Shown: positions 39,875 to 49,648, numbered from the stretch's first letter. The stretch is DNA of 64,000 bases from an uncultured Candidatus Saccharibacteria bacterium (GCA_964532495.1 CAZHJZ010000002.1:79501-143500), one strand, 5' to 3'. A program made the numbers and translations. The notes: generated by a model not told the origin, from the sequence alone.

Positions 39875-40205
39875 AGGAAAGCTTCGACACTGCTGAAGCT
39901 CCGCGGCTCACGAACGATATTTTGTTCGCTTCGTGCAATCCAAGCGATGCTCCAGTATTCAAATTGATACTCTGAGCTTTTGCGAGATATTCAACCTGCA
40001 AAGTACCGATGTGCGCTGAGAGTTCTTGTGCTTCTTTCTGTGACGATCCTCGAGCGATAACGAAGTGGATGGTTGAACAGAGTGCGTACGCATATAAAAT
40101 GACCCCGACAGCAATCAATCCGATGCAAACCAAAGCAGCGCGCTTATAGACGAGCGTTTCTTCAAGATTGCGAGTATGTGATTGTATGAATGCAGCTGTT
40201 GTCAT
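39852..40205 (-). CDS. ftsL: cell division protein FtsL-like (small bitopic membrane protein)
   Basis: 117 aa with a single TM, located between rsmH and ftsI. Confidence 0.5.
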   Translation of the reverse strand: MTTAAFIQSHTRNLEETLVYKRAALVCIGLIAVGVILYAYALCSTIHFVIARGSSQKEAQELSAHIGTLQVEYLAKAQSINLNTGASLGLHEANKISFVSRGASAVSKLSFAAPHEF

Positions 40206-40208
40206 ATA

Positions 40209-41102
40209 TTATTTTTTCTCAATGATGCGTAATTTCGCACTGCGCGACCGTGGGTTTGATTGTGATTCTGAGAGAGTTGGAACAATGGGCTTTTTTGTAA
40301 TCGTGGTTGCGATGCCCTCTGTGTGGAATTCTCTGAAAGCATTTTTGACGATGCGGTCTTCGAGAGAATGGAATGTGATGATCGCGAGCCGTCCGCCAGG
40401 AGCAAGCATTTCTACCGCGCCTGCAATTCCCTGCCTCAGTGCCCCTAATTCATCATTAACGGCGATTCTGAGTGCTTGGAAGGTCTTTGTGGCAGGATTG
40501 GTCTTCCCTTTTTGGAAACGCGCAGGAAGGGCTGACTGGACGACTTTGACCAAGTCAAACGTTGTCTTGATCGGAGCTATCAATCGAGCTTCAACGATAG
40601 CTTTTGCGATGCGTCGTGCAAATGTATCTTCGCCATATGCGTAGATAATGTCAGCAAGAGCAGATTCGCTTGAAGTATTCACCAGATCAGCAGCAGTTAA
40701 TGTGACATCTGGAATGATCGTATCTTCCATTGTCATCAAGAGCGGCTCATCTTTCTGAAACGTAAAACCTCGTCCAGAATCATCAAGCTGCACTGAGCTG
40801 ATGCCGATATCCATGAGAATTGCGTCTACCTGAGTGAAACCGTGTTCTTTGAGCTGTGAAGCAATATTTCTAAAGCTGTCATTGATCAAGATCGGTTTTG
40901 CTCCAAGAGCTGTGAGCAATTTCTCAGAACGCTTGAGCGCATCGCCCTCGCGGTCGAATCCGATGATCGTCACATTCTTCTGCGATTGAAATGCCGCAGC
41001 AGCGTGACCACCGGAACCAAGCGTGCCATCTACATAGATAGCTCCAGGCTTGAGGTTGAGGCCAGTAATTGTTTCTTCTAAAAGGACAGGAATGTGCGCC
41101 AT
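40209..41102 (-). CDS. rsmH: 16S rRNA (cytosine1402-N4)-methyltransferase
   Basis: MAHIPVLLEETI...VDGTLGSGGHA SAM-binding motif of the MraW family. Confidence 0.9.
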   Translation of the reverse strand: MAHIPVLLEETITGLNLKPGAIYVDGTLGSGGHAAAAFQSQKNVTIIGFDREGDALKRSEKLLTALGAKPILINDSFRNIASQLKEHGFTQVDAILMDIGISSVQLDDSGRGFTFQKDEPLLMTMEDTIIPDVTLTAADLVNTSSESALADIIYAYGEDTFARRIAKAIVEARLIAPIKTTFDLVKVVQSALPARFQKGKTNPATKTFQALRIAVNDELGALRQGIAGAVEMLAPGGRLAIITFHSLEDRIVKNAFREFHTEGIATTITKKPIVPTLSESQSNPRSRSAKLRIIEKK

Positions 41103-41232
41103 AAATGTTATTTTGTAACACCGCACTTATAAAGAATTTTGATTCGGAGGAAGCGAGCCCCTCGCCTTGCCCTTAATTGCGGGGCGCGGCGGAGAATCAA
41201 AATTATTTATAAGTAAGGTGTGAACGAATTAT

Positions 41233-41667
41233 TTATAAAACCCCAACCCCTCCCAACTTCTCTGCCAATTGGTCAGCTTCTTTTTCGACCACTGCCTTGT
41301 AATCCGCCCAGACCTTCTCATTCCAGATTTCAACACGGTTCTGAACGCCGATAACAGCCACTGTCTTTTTGAGGCTTGCGCGATCCTTCAAGAAGTCCGG
41401 CACCAAGATGCGTCCGCTTCCATCCACATCAACTTCAACTGCTCCTCCGAACATAAATCGGTTGAAGCTTCGATTGTCAGCTTGGAGCATTGAGTTCTCG
41501 CCCAAACGGCTGGCGATCTTTTCCCACTCTTTGACGGTGAACATGAAAATCGACTTGTCCAACCCTGGAGCAAGCACGACCTTCTTACCCAACTCACTTC
41601 GAAATTTAGCCGGCAATGACATGCGGTTCTTTTCGTCGAGCGTGTGTATGTATTCGCCGATGAGCAT
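41233..41667 (-). CDS. mraZ: transcriptional regulator MraZ
   Basis: Two MraZ/SpoVT-AbrB-like halves with the DxxxR motif (LDEKNRMSLP...). Confidence 0.9.
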   Translation of the reverse strand: MLIGEYIHTLDEKNRMSLPAKFRSELGKKVVLAPGLDKSIFMFTVKEWEKIASRLGENSMLQADNRSFNRFMFGGAVEVDVDGSGRILVPDFLKDRASLKKTVAVIGVQNRVEIWNEKVWADYKAVVEKEADQLAEKLGGVGVL

Positions 41668-41749
41668 TAGTAAATCTCGTTATCGCATCTCCCAATAAAA
41701 CGCACCATATCTCCTCTCATTTGCACTAAATCCTCACAAAACTAGATAT

Positions 41750-41815
41750 CCCACTTCTTCCCACTTAAGACTAATTTTACTCCACTTCATCCCACAATGC
41801 AAAGAACTAACCCAC
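41750..41815 (-). promoter_or_regulatory. MraZ-box-like direct repeats (five CCCAC on + strand = GTGGG on the mraZ strand, with two GTGGG-N5-GTGGR pairs)
   Basis: CCCAC at 41750, 41760 and TCCAC at 41781, CCCAC at 41791, 41811; 10-nt periodicity within pairs. E. coli MraZ binds GTGGG-N5 direct repeats upstream of Pmra. Confidence 0.5.
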
Positions 41816-41844
41816 AAAAAACTGTGGATAAATAAGGGTTTTTT

Positions 41845-41860
41845 GTGAACTATCGTTCAC
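41845..41860. promoter_or_regulatory. perfect palindrome GTGAAC-TATC-GTTCAC (Cheo/LexA-box-like GAAC-N4-GTTC)
   Basis: Read directly from the sequence. Matches the Gram-positive SOS-box consensus CGAACnnnnGTTCG core. Confidence 0.35.
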
Positions 41861-41870
41861 TTACCTTCAA

Positions 41871-41902
41871 AATAAAAAACCGCTTTGGTAGCGGTTTTTT
41901 AT
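41871..41902. terminator. bidirectional intrinsic terminator downstream of lysS (ACCGCT/AGCGGT, A-run/T-run)
   Basis: Hairpin with T7 run. Confidence 0.6.
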
Positions 41903-41929
41903 TACATATTGAAATCCTTTTATTTGTTT

Positions 41930-43879
41930 TTATGAATATCGCTCAAGGTCACCGGTGAGCTTTTCTACTTCGCTCTTTGATCCATAGACTAGTACGCCAA
42001 GATATTCCACTTCATCATAATTTTTTGCCGCAGTCATCTCTATCACCTTCTTGTCGTTCGTCGTTTCTATCATTTCGCGAGTGAATTCGTCTACTTCAAG
42101 TTTAGCGGCTTTGGCGTCGCGAGCAAGCGACTGGAGCGCCGTCGAAGACGGCGCGACTTTGATGATGATAGCTTGCTTAGTATTGAGCTTGATAGAAACA
42201 TTATCTTTTGACGTAATCGTGTCTTGCGTAAACAACTGCTTTCCGAGATGGGCGCCGAATGCGGCATTGAGGTGCGCAACAGTATTAAGTTCCTGCCATT
42301 TTTCAAGACCGATGCCTGAATTTAAAACCGCTACTGCGAGCATAGTTTCTTTTTTCTTTGGAGCGCCTTCTTCTTTTGGACGCATCAATGGGAAGAGCTG
42401 CGTTTCGCGAACTGGCTTATCCATCAAAAAGCTGATGAATCGTTCTGACATTCCAAAACCGAATGCCGGCGGCATGCCATACTCAAGTGCTTCGACGAAA
42501 TCCATATCTGCCATCTGCGCTTCATCATCGCCTGCATCGCGAAGAGCCTGCTGTTCCATGAATCTGCCGCGCTGATCAACTGGATCGTTAAGCTCGCTGA
42601 ATCCCTTGCCCATTTCGCTGCCCGCGAGAATAACCTGGAATCGTTCTACCGTCTTTGCGTTGTTTCGATTTCGTTTTGCCAATGGTTCAAGATATACCGG
42701 AACGTTAATCAAAAAGCCTGGGCCGCCGATAGACTTTCGAACTCGCTTCCAAAGCATATCAACTCCGCGCTGAATATTCATTTCAGAGGGCTTGTATTCA
42801 ATGTCGAATTTCTTGAAAGCGGCAATAATCTCCGCCAGCGTTTTGTCATTCGTCTCAGATGCTTCTTCGGTGACGGCAAGAGCGTCGATGCCATATTCTT
42901 GCTTGAGAATATCTACGAAGTCATACGTCTTCCATTCATCTGCAAGATCTATTTCGAATCCTTTGATGGTAAACTTTGTCGTTCCGAATACCTTCTGCCC
43001 GATCAAGCGATACAGCTCCTTGGTCATTTCCATGCCTTCCTCATAGTCAGAATATGCCATGTAATACTCGAGCTGCGTATAGTCCTGGAGATGCTCGTTC
43101 GACATTCCTTCGTTTCGGAAAATGCGTCCAATTTCGAATGTTCGAGGGATTCCAGCAACGAGCAATTTCTTCTGCCAGAGCTCTCCCGCAGAAATACGGA
43201 GGAACACATCGATGTTAAGCGCATTGTGATGAGTTGCGAACGGACGAGCATCTGCGCCGCCAGTCGTATTTTCAAGTACGGGAGTTTCAACTTCGATAAA
43301 ATTCTTTTGCAGGAGATATTCGCGGATAGTATTCCAAAAGAGTGAGCGCTTGCGAGCCATTTCAGCAAGTTCGGGATGGAGCAAAATATCCAAGTAGCGC
43401 TTTCGCAAGCGCTCATCCTCATCTTCAATGCCGAAGTATTCTGTCGGGATAGGAAGCAATGACTTTGAAGCCATTTTCCATTCTTTAGCCAAGATGCTGA
43501 ACTCACCTCGCTGAGTGGTAAACAATGTTCCAGTTATTTGGATAAAGTCCCCCATGTCAGCGCATTCGGTAAAGAGATCGAATTGAGCTGCTTCCATATC
43601 GTCCTTTTTGAAGACTGCCTGAAGCTTGTCCGTTCCATCAAAAATAACAGCGAACAAGATCGCTCCCTGTCCTCGAATAACCATTACGCGGCCCGCGATG
43701 GTAATAGTCTGTCCGGTTTCTGACAATGACGCGAATTTCTCGCGCACATCTGCAAGCGTATAGTCTCGTTCAACATGCGCGGGATAGGGTTCCATTCCTG
43801 CCTGTGTAAGTTTTGCTAATTTTTCCAAGCGGGTTGCGCGGATTTCTTCGAGTGATGCCATATGGGAGGAGTATAGCAA
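41930..43879 (-). CDS. lysS: lysine--tRNA ligase (class II) with ~145-aa C-terminal extension of unknown function
   Basis: Class II motifs (FEIGRIFRNEG, ...GFGMSERF), N-terminal OB anticodon-binding domain. Sequence after ...RPKEEGAPKKKE has no LysRS counterpart. Confidence 0.9.
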   Translation of the reverse strand: MLYSSHMASLEEIRATRLEKLAKLTQAGMEPYPAHVERDYTLADVREKFASLSETGQTITIAGRVMVIRGQGAILFAVIFDGTDKLQAVFKKDDMEAAQFDLFTECADMGDFIQITGTLFTTQRGEFSILAKEWKMASKSLLPIPTEYFGIEDEDERLRKRYLDILLHPELAEMARKRSLFWNTIREYLLQKNFIEVETPVLENTTGGADARPFATHHNALNIDVFLRISAGELWQKKLLVAGIPRTFEIGRIFRNEGMSNEHLQDYTQLEYYMAYSDYEEGMEMTKELYRLIGQKVFGTTKFTIKGFEIDLADEWKTYDFVDILKQEYGIDALAVTEEASETNDKTLAEIIAAFKKFDIEYKPSEMNIQRGVDMLWKRVRKSIGGPGFLINVPVYLEPLAKRNRNNAKTVERFQVILAGSEMGKGFSELNDPVDQRGRFMEQQALRDAGDDEAQMADMDFVEALEYGMPPAFGFGMSERFISFLMDKPVRETQLFPLMRPKEEGAPKKKETMLAVAVLNSGIGLEKWQELNTVAHLNAAFGAHLGKQLFTQDTITSKDNVSIKLNTKQAIIIKVAPSSTALQSLARDAKAAKLEVDEFTREMIETTNDKKVIEMTAAKNYDEVEYLGVLVYGSKSEVEKLTGDLERYS

Positions 43880-43925
43880 AATCCGCTTAGTATGGAAACT
43901 AAGCGGATTTGAGCGACAAGTATGA

Positions 43926-44393
43926 TTATTTGATGTCTACGATTGTGTATTTTGTTTCCCCTTTTGGAGTAACGAATGTTACAACATCGCCTTTCTTTTT
44001 TTCATAGAGAGCTTCGCCCAGCGGTGAGTTGTGAGAGATCATGCCGCGCGCCATATCTGACTCTTGAGCGCCGACAACAGTGAAGATCTTTTCTTCCTTT
44101 TCTTTTTCCTTGCGAACAGTGACAACTGAGCCAATACCTACTGCTGCGGTCGTGTGCTTGGTAACAATTTCTGAATTCTGGAGGATCTCTTCGATCTGGC
44201 CAATGCGTTCTTCGAGACGTCCCTGTTCTTCGCGAGCGTTGTGATATTCTGCGTTTTCTGAAAGGTCGCCGAGTGATTTTGCGAAAGCGAGGGCATCAAG
44301 AATCTTCTGTCGAGCGGGACCCTTGAGGTCTGCTAATTCTGCCTCAAGTTCAATTTTCTTTTCAGGTGAGATAAAGTTTTTTCCGTTTTGCAT
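43926..44393 (-). CDS. greA: transcription elongation factor GreA
   Basis: N-terminal coiled coil and the FKBP-like C-terminal domain; motif GDLSENAEYH. Confidence 0.9.
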   Translation of the reverse strand: MQNGKNFISPEKKIELEAELADLKGPARQKILDALAFAKSLGDLSENAEYHNAREEQGRLEERIGQIEEILQNSEIVTKHTTAAVGIGSVVTVRKEKEKEEKIFTVVGAQESDMARGMISHNSPLGEALYEKKKGDVVTFVTPKGETKYTIVDIK

Positions 44394-44488
44394 GGCACAA
44401 CTATAGCGTAAAATGAGGAAATCGTCAATGACGCTCTCAAGAAAATATGAAGAAAACCTTTAGGAAATTCTTTCGCAAGAACGCTCGA

Positions 44489-45481
44489 TTAGCACCATCC
44501 GTTTAGTATTTTTCTAAGCTTGTACCCTATTTGATAGACAAAATATAAGCCTGGCATCACAACCAAATCATAGCTTCCAGCCATTTCTACAATGCTGCCT
44601 CCGTAGCCTTTTTTAAAATCTGTAAAACCTGCCCACGGATTTTTGGGGTCAGTGACGTCGGGCGGAAGGATGCCCCATAAATCGAGTTTTGATGCACCAT
44701 GCTCTTTCCCGAACAAAATAACATGCCATACGAGCGCATTCATCGCTTTTAAATTTCGGTGTTCAGTAGTGGAGCCAGCGTACGTATAATACAGCGTGCC
44801 TTTATACAAAAAAAGTTCGCATGCTGCCAGCGGTTTTCCTCCAAGATATGCGACGAGAATATGAGAAATTCCTTGCTTTGAAAATATGTCCCAAATCGCC
44901 TTGTGGTATTTTTTCGTATGACCGCCAAAATGCTGCCGCTTCGTAGTGCTTTCGTAGAGAGAATAGAAATCTTCAAACCCTTGCTCAGTATCTTGGGTAG
45001 AAACAATAACGCCTTTGCGCTCAGCGAGCCCTACATTGTATCGAGTGGTTGCTTCAAGTTCGCTCTTGAGAATTTCAGCTGTTTTTGAGAGATCGATGAC
45101 ACGAGTATATTTATAAAACAATGGTGTCGCAGAAACGCGAAGTATTGGATGCGCGTGAGTGGCACTAGCAGCTTCTTCGTTCGGCTCAAACTGCACAGAA
45201 ATGATTTTATATTTCTTGCAGTATTCTTGCAGGTATTTCAAAAATGCTTCACTCGGCATTACAGAGCGAGGGACATACCCAACAAAATACGGAAGTCCGG
45301 GGATTTTATGCAAGGTCATCTGATATATTTCTACCAATACCTCGCCTTGGTACGCGCCAAATCTTCGGACTGGAAGTCCTGTCGTTTCTCGAATCTTACC
45401 CCATGCAAAAGACTGCAGCGGATGGGTCGCTGTCTCGTCAAAAATAGGTTCTTCTATTGTGTGCAGTTCTCGTACGGTCAT
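44489..45481 (-). CDS. FemAB-family peptidoglycan-branch aminoacyltransferase-like protein
   Basis: LQSFAWGKIRE resembles the FemX QSYEWG block; ~330 aa two-lobed GNAT-like size; adjacent to PBP2. Confidence 0.55.
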   Translation of the reverse strand: MTVRELHTIEEPIFDETATHPLQSFAWGKIRETTGLPVRRFGAYQGEVLVEIYQMTLHKIPGLPYFVGYVPRSVMPSEAFLKYLQEYCKKYKIISVQFEPNEEAASATHAHPILRVSATPLFYKYTRVIDLSKTAEILKSELEATTRYNVGLAERKGVIVSTQDTEQGFEDFYSLYESTTKRQHFGGHTKKYHKAIWDIFSKQGISHILVAYLGGKPLAACELFLYKGTLYYTYAGSTTEHRNLKAMNALVWHVILFGKEHGASKLDLWGILPPDVTDPKNPWAGFTDFKKGYGGSIVEMAGSYDLVVMPGLYFVYQIGYKLRKILNGWC

Positions 45482-45484
45482 ACA

Positions 45485-47194
45485 TTATTCAACATATTCA
45501 GGAGTGTTCTCCGCCATCCAGGTGAGCTGATCGAGAGCGACGGCTGCCGCACCCGGAGAGGGAACCTCAGTTCCTTTTTCCATCATTACGGCGAACGCAT
45601 ACTTTGGATGGTCATAGGGGAAAAATCCGGTCGCCCACGCATTGATGTACTGATTGTTAACGCCCACTTGCGCAGTACCGGTTTTGGCCGCTACTTTAAA
45701 CGGTAGCGCATTCAATGCCTTAGCTGTTCCCAGCGGATCAGTCACAACAAGACGCATTCCTTCGCGCACGACTTGGAAGTAGGACGCTTTCAAATCTAGT
45801 GTTGTTTTTTTTGCTTCAAATGTCTTGTCGTCTTTTAGAATGTGCGGAGAGACCAGTGTGCCGTTGTTTGCGATTGAAGCTACAGCACGAGCCATTTCAA
45901 TCGGAGTTACCTGAACGCCATACTGTCCGATAGCTGTGTTGTATGTATCTCCAATACGCCATGGATCTCCATTAAAGTTTTTTAATTTCCAATCCGGACT
46001 TGGAATGACTCCCCCCTTTTCATTTGGAAGATCAATGCCTGTTGGCACCCCTATACCAAACATCGTTAAATATTTACCGATATTGTCGATGCCGATCCCA
46101 CGCTGAGATTGGTATCCACCGCCAACGTTATAAAAGAAAATGTTTGAAGAAAAGGCTAACGCATGTCTGACATCGACAACGCCGTTATCTGGTCGGTAGT
46201 CTTTGAAAACCGTAGGACGAGATGGGTCATACGGGTTTGGAATACTGATCGTTCCATGCGAAGCAATCATAGTGTTGGGAGTAATAACCCCTTCAGTAAG
46301 CCCTGCCATTGCCATATATGGCTTCACGATCGATCCTGGAGAATACAATCCGCCGACCGCACGGTCTAGAAATGGTTTGCTTGCATCATTCAAGTAGTGC
46401 TGAATTTTTTCGCGGTCATCTCCCGCCGACATTATTTCCGAAGAATATTCGGGAATACTCGTAAGCGCCAAAACTTCTCCGTTCTCAATATTGATTATGA
46501 TACCTGCGCCTCCCTTGTATCCAGACTTCTGCATGATGGCGTGAATAGCTTCGGCAAAATGCCCTTGCAATCGCGAATCAATCGAAAGGGTTACGTTATC
46601 GCCTGGTATTGGTTTGTATATCTGGTTTGAGAGAGTAGTTTTGCCATGCACATCGCGCTCAATCAATCGTGTCCCGTTCTCCCCGCGGAGAAGATTGTTA
46701 TATTGTTTTTCGACGCCGTTCTTTCCGACAAATTCAGTTTGCCAAAAATTTCCTGAAGAGTCTTTTGATGGATAACTGACATATCCCAGCAAATGCCCGA
46801 AGCCAGGCTTGTCGATATACACTCGGCGAGAAAATGCCTCATCGGTAGTCGTGGTTTCGTTCCATGCAAGCAGGTTTTCGTTACGGTCATATATCACTCC
46901 GCGTTCTGCAAAAATAGGCTCGCGTGCAAGCTGATTCTGCTGGCTTTGCGCATAGTATGCGCTCCCCTTAACTCCCTGCATATAGAGCAAGCGTGCGCCG
47001 AATACAAAAAATACGATAAGGAAAAAAGCTTGTACGCCCTTCAGAGTTTTTTTGCTGATGGCTTTTTCTATACGGCCCTCGAATTGCTGCTTATCAAATT
47101 GGGGCAAGTTTTGGGAATCTAAAAAAATCTCGTCGGGTTCGACGAATGCGTGCGAGTACTTATTCCTTTTTCCAAAAAAATTAAGAATTCCCAT
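45485..47194 (-). CDS. mrdA: penicillin-binding protein 2 (elongation-type transpeptidase)
   Basis: N-terminal TM, SxxK (GSIVK), SSN (AFSSNIFF) and KTGTAQ motifs. Confidence 0.9.
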   Translation of the reverse strand: MGILNFFGKRNKYSHAFVEPDEIFLDSQNLPQFDKQQFEGRIEKAISKKTLKGVQAFFLIVFFVFGARLLYMQGVKGSAYYAQSQQNQLAREPIFAERGVIYDRNENLLAWNETTTTDEAFSRRVYIDKPGFGHLLGYVSYPSKDSSGNFWQTEFVGKNGVEKQYNNLLRGENGTRLIERDVHGKTTLSNQIYKPIPGDNVTLSIDSRLQGHFAEAIHAIMQKSGYKGGAGIIINIENGEVLALTSIPEYSSEIMSAGDDREKIQHYLNDASKPFLDRAVGGLYSPGSIVKPYMAMAGLTEGVITPNTMIASHGTISIPNPYDPSRPTVFKDYRPDNGVVDVRHALAFSSNIFFYNVGGGYQSQRGIGIDNIGKYLTMFGIGVPTGIDLPNEKGGVIPSPDWKLKNFNGDPWRIGDTYNTAIGQYGVQVTPIEMARAVASIANNGTLVSPHILKDDKTFEAKKTTLDLKASYFQVVREGMRLVVTDPLGTAKALNALPFKVAAKTGTAQVGVNNQYINAWATGFFPYDHPKYAFAVMMEKGTEVPSPGAAAVALDQLTWMAENTPEYVE

Positions 47195-47450
47195 AGCGAG
47201 TAAATTGCTTGCCTACTTCAGCGAAAATGAAGAGTGCGATACTGACCATAGTTCCGACCATCAAAAAACCGTGGAAACGCAGGAGCGGACTGCCAAACAC
47301 TATGTCAGTTACTAGTACGGCAAGTACTCCTTCAATATACCAGTCAAACAAGACATAACCAACTAATGCGAATATGAGCGTTGCCCAATAAGGAAAAAAA
47401 GATGCTGAAAATAGGCAAAGTATGGAAAATAAAGGTCTCAGGTAGGTCAT
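47181..47450 (-). CDS. hypothetical small membrane protein
   Basis: 89 aa, three hydrophobic segments; overlaps the PBP2 start by 14 nt. Confidence 0.4.
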   Translation of the reverse strand: MTYLRPLFSILCLFSASFFPYWATLIFALVGYVLFDWYIEGVLAVLVTDIVFGSPLLRFHGFLMVGTMVSIALFIFAEVGKQFTRYGNS

Positions 47451-47451
47451 A

Positions 47452-47937
47452 TTAGACTATTACGTTTAAGCGGCGAAGAATAAACCGAAGAATGAAAAAT
47501 ACTGCCAGTAAAATGATGCCGTAAAACAAATAGCCATTCAAGAATATGAACGAGAGAGCGCTATAGAAATAGTACGCAGAACTCGGTGATTCTACGACTA
47601 CTTTTTTATCTGAACTTACTTTGACAGAAGCAGGCTTTATTGCATCCGCTTTGTCTCGAAGAGCAGCATACTTTAACCCAAGACTTAATCGTTTTTGATC
47701 AATAGAATTAAACCAGTTTTTTACTGGCAGTGGAACTTTCGCAACCACTTTTTTTTCCCATTCCGCTATGACTGATAGTTCGTTAGAAACTGCTGGAGAA
47801 GAAGCCCTCGAACCTTGCTGGATCGGTTGTTGTTGATTTCGGGACGGCGCAAGCTCAAGCGTTTGCTGAGCAAAAACCACCGTACAGCTAAAAGCTAGAG
47901 CGGCAAAAATACTGGTTCCGAGCAAAAATCGCTTCAT
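47452..47937 (-). CDS. hypothetical secreted/membrane protein
   Basis: Signal peptide and C-terminal TM. Confidence 0.45.
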   Translation of the reverse strand: MKRFLLGTSIFAALAFSCTVVFAQQTLELAPSRNQQQPIQQGSRASSPAVSNELSVIAEWEKKVVAKVPLPVKNWFNSIDQKRLSLGLKYAALRDKADAIKPASVKVSSDKKVVVESPSSAYYFYSALSFIFLNGYLFYGIILLAVFFILRFILRRLNVIV

Positions 47938-47975
47938 ATATCTCTAGTATACCTCGGAGGTACTGAAAAATGAAA

Positions 47976-48983
47976 TTAGAGGCCGAGACCTGGAAGTGAA
48001 ACGCTTGGCGTAACTGGCGGAACAGCTACAGTAGGAACAACGGGTGGAATATTAATTTCAGAAGGTACGGCATTTACAACTGGTGGAAGTACTCCTGGCG
48101 CGGAAGTAACGGGAATTTCAACATCAGTTCCCGCCTGACCGCCTGCTGTATCTGACGGCGGGGTTATGGTAAGCGTATTATCTGGGTGTTCGATTTCGCT
48201 CGTGTGCTGATTTGAATGCGGATTTGAATCTTGAGTTACTTTGAATTCTGGTTTGCGTATAACTGGTTTTGGATATTTAGCCTCAACCTCAGTTTCATTC
48301 TTTTTTGTGTCTCCATCCAGAATATCTCGAACAACAGCCGCGACTTCAGTGATTTCCTTGTTTGAATCCAAACGAGCATTTGCGATTGCCTGCAAAATAG
48401 TCTGATGATCTGTAAGGGACACATTAAAATCGGCACTCATTTCCTCAGGTTCTTTTGTATTTCCTTCAAGGGCCAGCAACTTCAGCTTTTCTCTGAATTG
48501 AGTTTCTTTATATTTAAACGCAGAAGTAAGATCTTTTTTCTTTCCTTCATCAAGCCTATTCTCACGAGCCAATTGCTCTGCTTCTTGCAAGCGAGTAAGG
48601 GCATGCTTTGCCTGAAGAGCTGCTTTTGCTTTTATACCGATAGTAAATAATTCTTCGGCATTTTCAGATATATGTATTTTAACTGGATACAATATGTCAC
48701 CCGGGATTGACTCCTGTGCCGCATATACGCTTCCTGCCGCTAGAAGAAATAGTACAAAGCATCCCATTACAGGCGTGAGTACGCGCAAGGAATATGCCTG
48801 CCAAGGACTTGGCACGGCTCGTGGTCGGGGTGCAACAGTAAGTGGATTCTCCTTCATATGAAGTTTTAGAGAAGCGAGCATTGATTCTTTTTCATCGCTA
48901 TCTAATGATACTTCTTGCGTCACAATAAAAGAATCCTCCAGCTGTTTAGCTGATATTTTTTTAGGATGGTTAAAAAATTTCAT
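47976..48983 (-). CDS. putative anti-sigma factor (single-pass membrane protein with Pro/Val-rich extracytoplasmic tail)
   Basis: Immediately downstream of an ECF sigma gene; one TM (LTPVMGCFVLFLLAAGSVYAA). Confidence 0.5.
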   Translation of the reverse strand: MKFFNHPKKISAKQLEDSFIVTQEVSLDSDEKESMLASLKLHMKENPLTVAPRPRAVPSPWQAYSLRVLTPVMGCFVLFLLAAGSVYAAQESIPGDILYPVKIHISENAEELFTIGIKAKAALQAKHALTRLQEAEQLARENRLDEGKKKDLTSAFKYKETQFREKLKLLALEGNTKEPEEMSADFNVSLTDHQTILQAIANARLDSNKEITEVAAVVRDILDGDTKKNETEVEAKYPKPVIRKPEFKVTQDSNPHSNQHTSEIEHPDNTLTITPPSDTAGGQAGTDVEIPVTSAPGVLPPVVNAVPSEINIPPVVPTVAVPPVTPSVSLPGLGL

Positions 48984-48988
48984 ATATA

Positions 48989-49579
48989 TTAGTCCTCTAG
49001 CGGTCCTGACAGGCGGCTGACAAGCTCTCGCAATTTTTTCATTCCTCTATGCGCCCGCACTCGTATTACCCCTTCTCCTTCACCTAACACTTCAGCTATT
49101 TCTGCGTGTGAAAGCCCTTGCGAATACCTCATTTGTATCACATCTTGATACTCTCGCGAAAGTGACCCAACAAGCTTCATAATATGAGCGCCATCCAAGG
49201 TATCAATGAGCGACTCCACCGTATCTTCACCAGGATCAAAACCTTTTTCTTGAAGCAAATCCAAAGACTCCGATGTATGTAGTCGATAATGATCGACGAC
49301 AATATTATGAGCAGTCCGATACAAGAAGGCTTTGTAGTTATCGATACATTCGCCTTTTACGAGGTAGTTCCAGGTTTTAACAAACACCTCCTGGGTCAAG
49401 TCTTTCGCGACTTCTCTGTTGCTTACCTTCCAAAAACAATACCGGAATATTGGATCGGCGTACTCCTGATATGCCTCTAAATATTGTTGCTCCGCTTCTT
49501 GCATACTAGATGACGGAATAACTCCGAATTCGTTACATAATAACTTCGGCCTCTCTTTAATCTTTATTGAGTATAGCAA
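48989..49579 (-). CDS. RNA polymerase sigma-70 factor, ECF subfamily
   Basis: Region 2 (YRTAHNIVVDHYR) and region 4 HTH (GLSHAEIAEVLGEGEGVIRVRAHRGMKKLRE). Confidence 0.85.
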   Translation of the reverse strand: MLYSIKIKERPKLLCNEFGVIPSSSMQEAEQQYLEAYQEYADPIFRYCFWKVSNREVAKDLTQEVFVKTWNYLVKGECIDNYKAFLYRTAHNIVVDHYRLHTSESLDLLQEKGFDPGEDTVESLIDTLDGAHIMKLVGSLSREYQDVIQMRYSQGLSHAEIAEVLGEGEGVIRVRAHRGMKKLRELVSRLSGPLED

Positions 49580-49648
49580 AGTGACATTTTTATAAACCTT
49601 GACGAGCCTTCAATTCGTTTCGTTTTGCAATAATCCCTATGAAAACCT

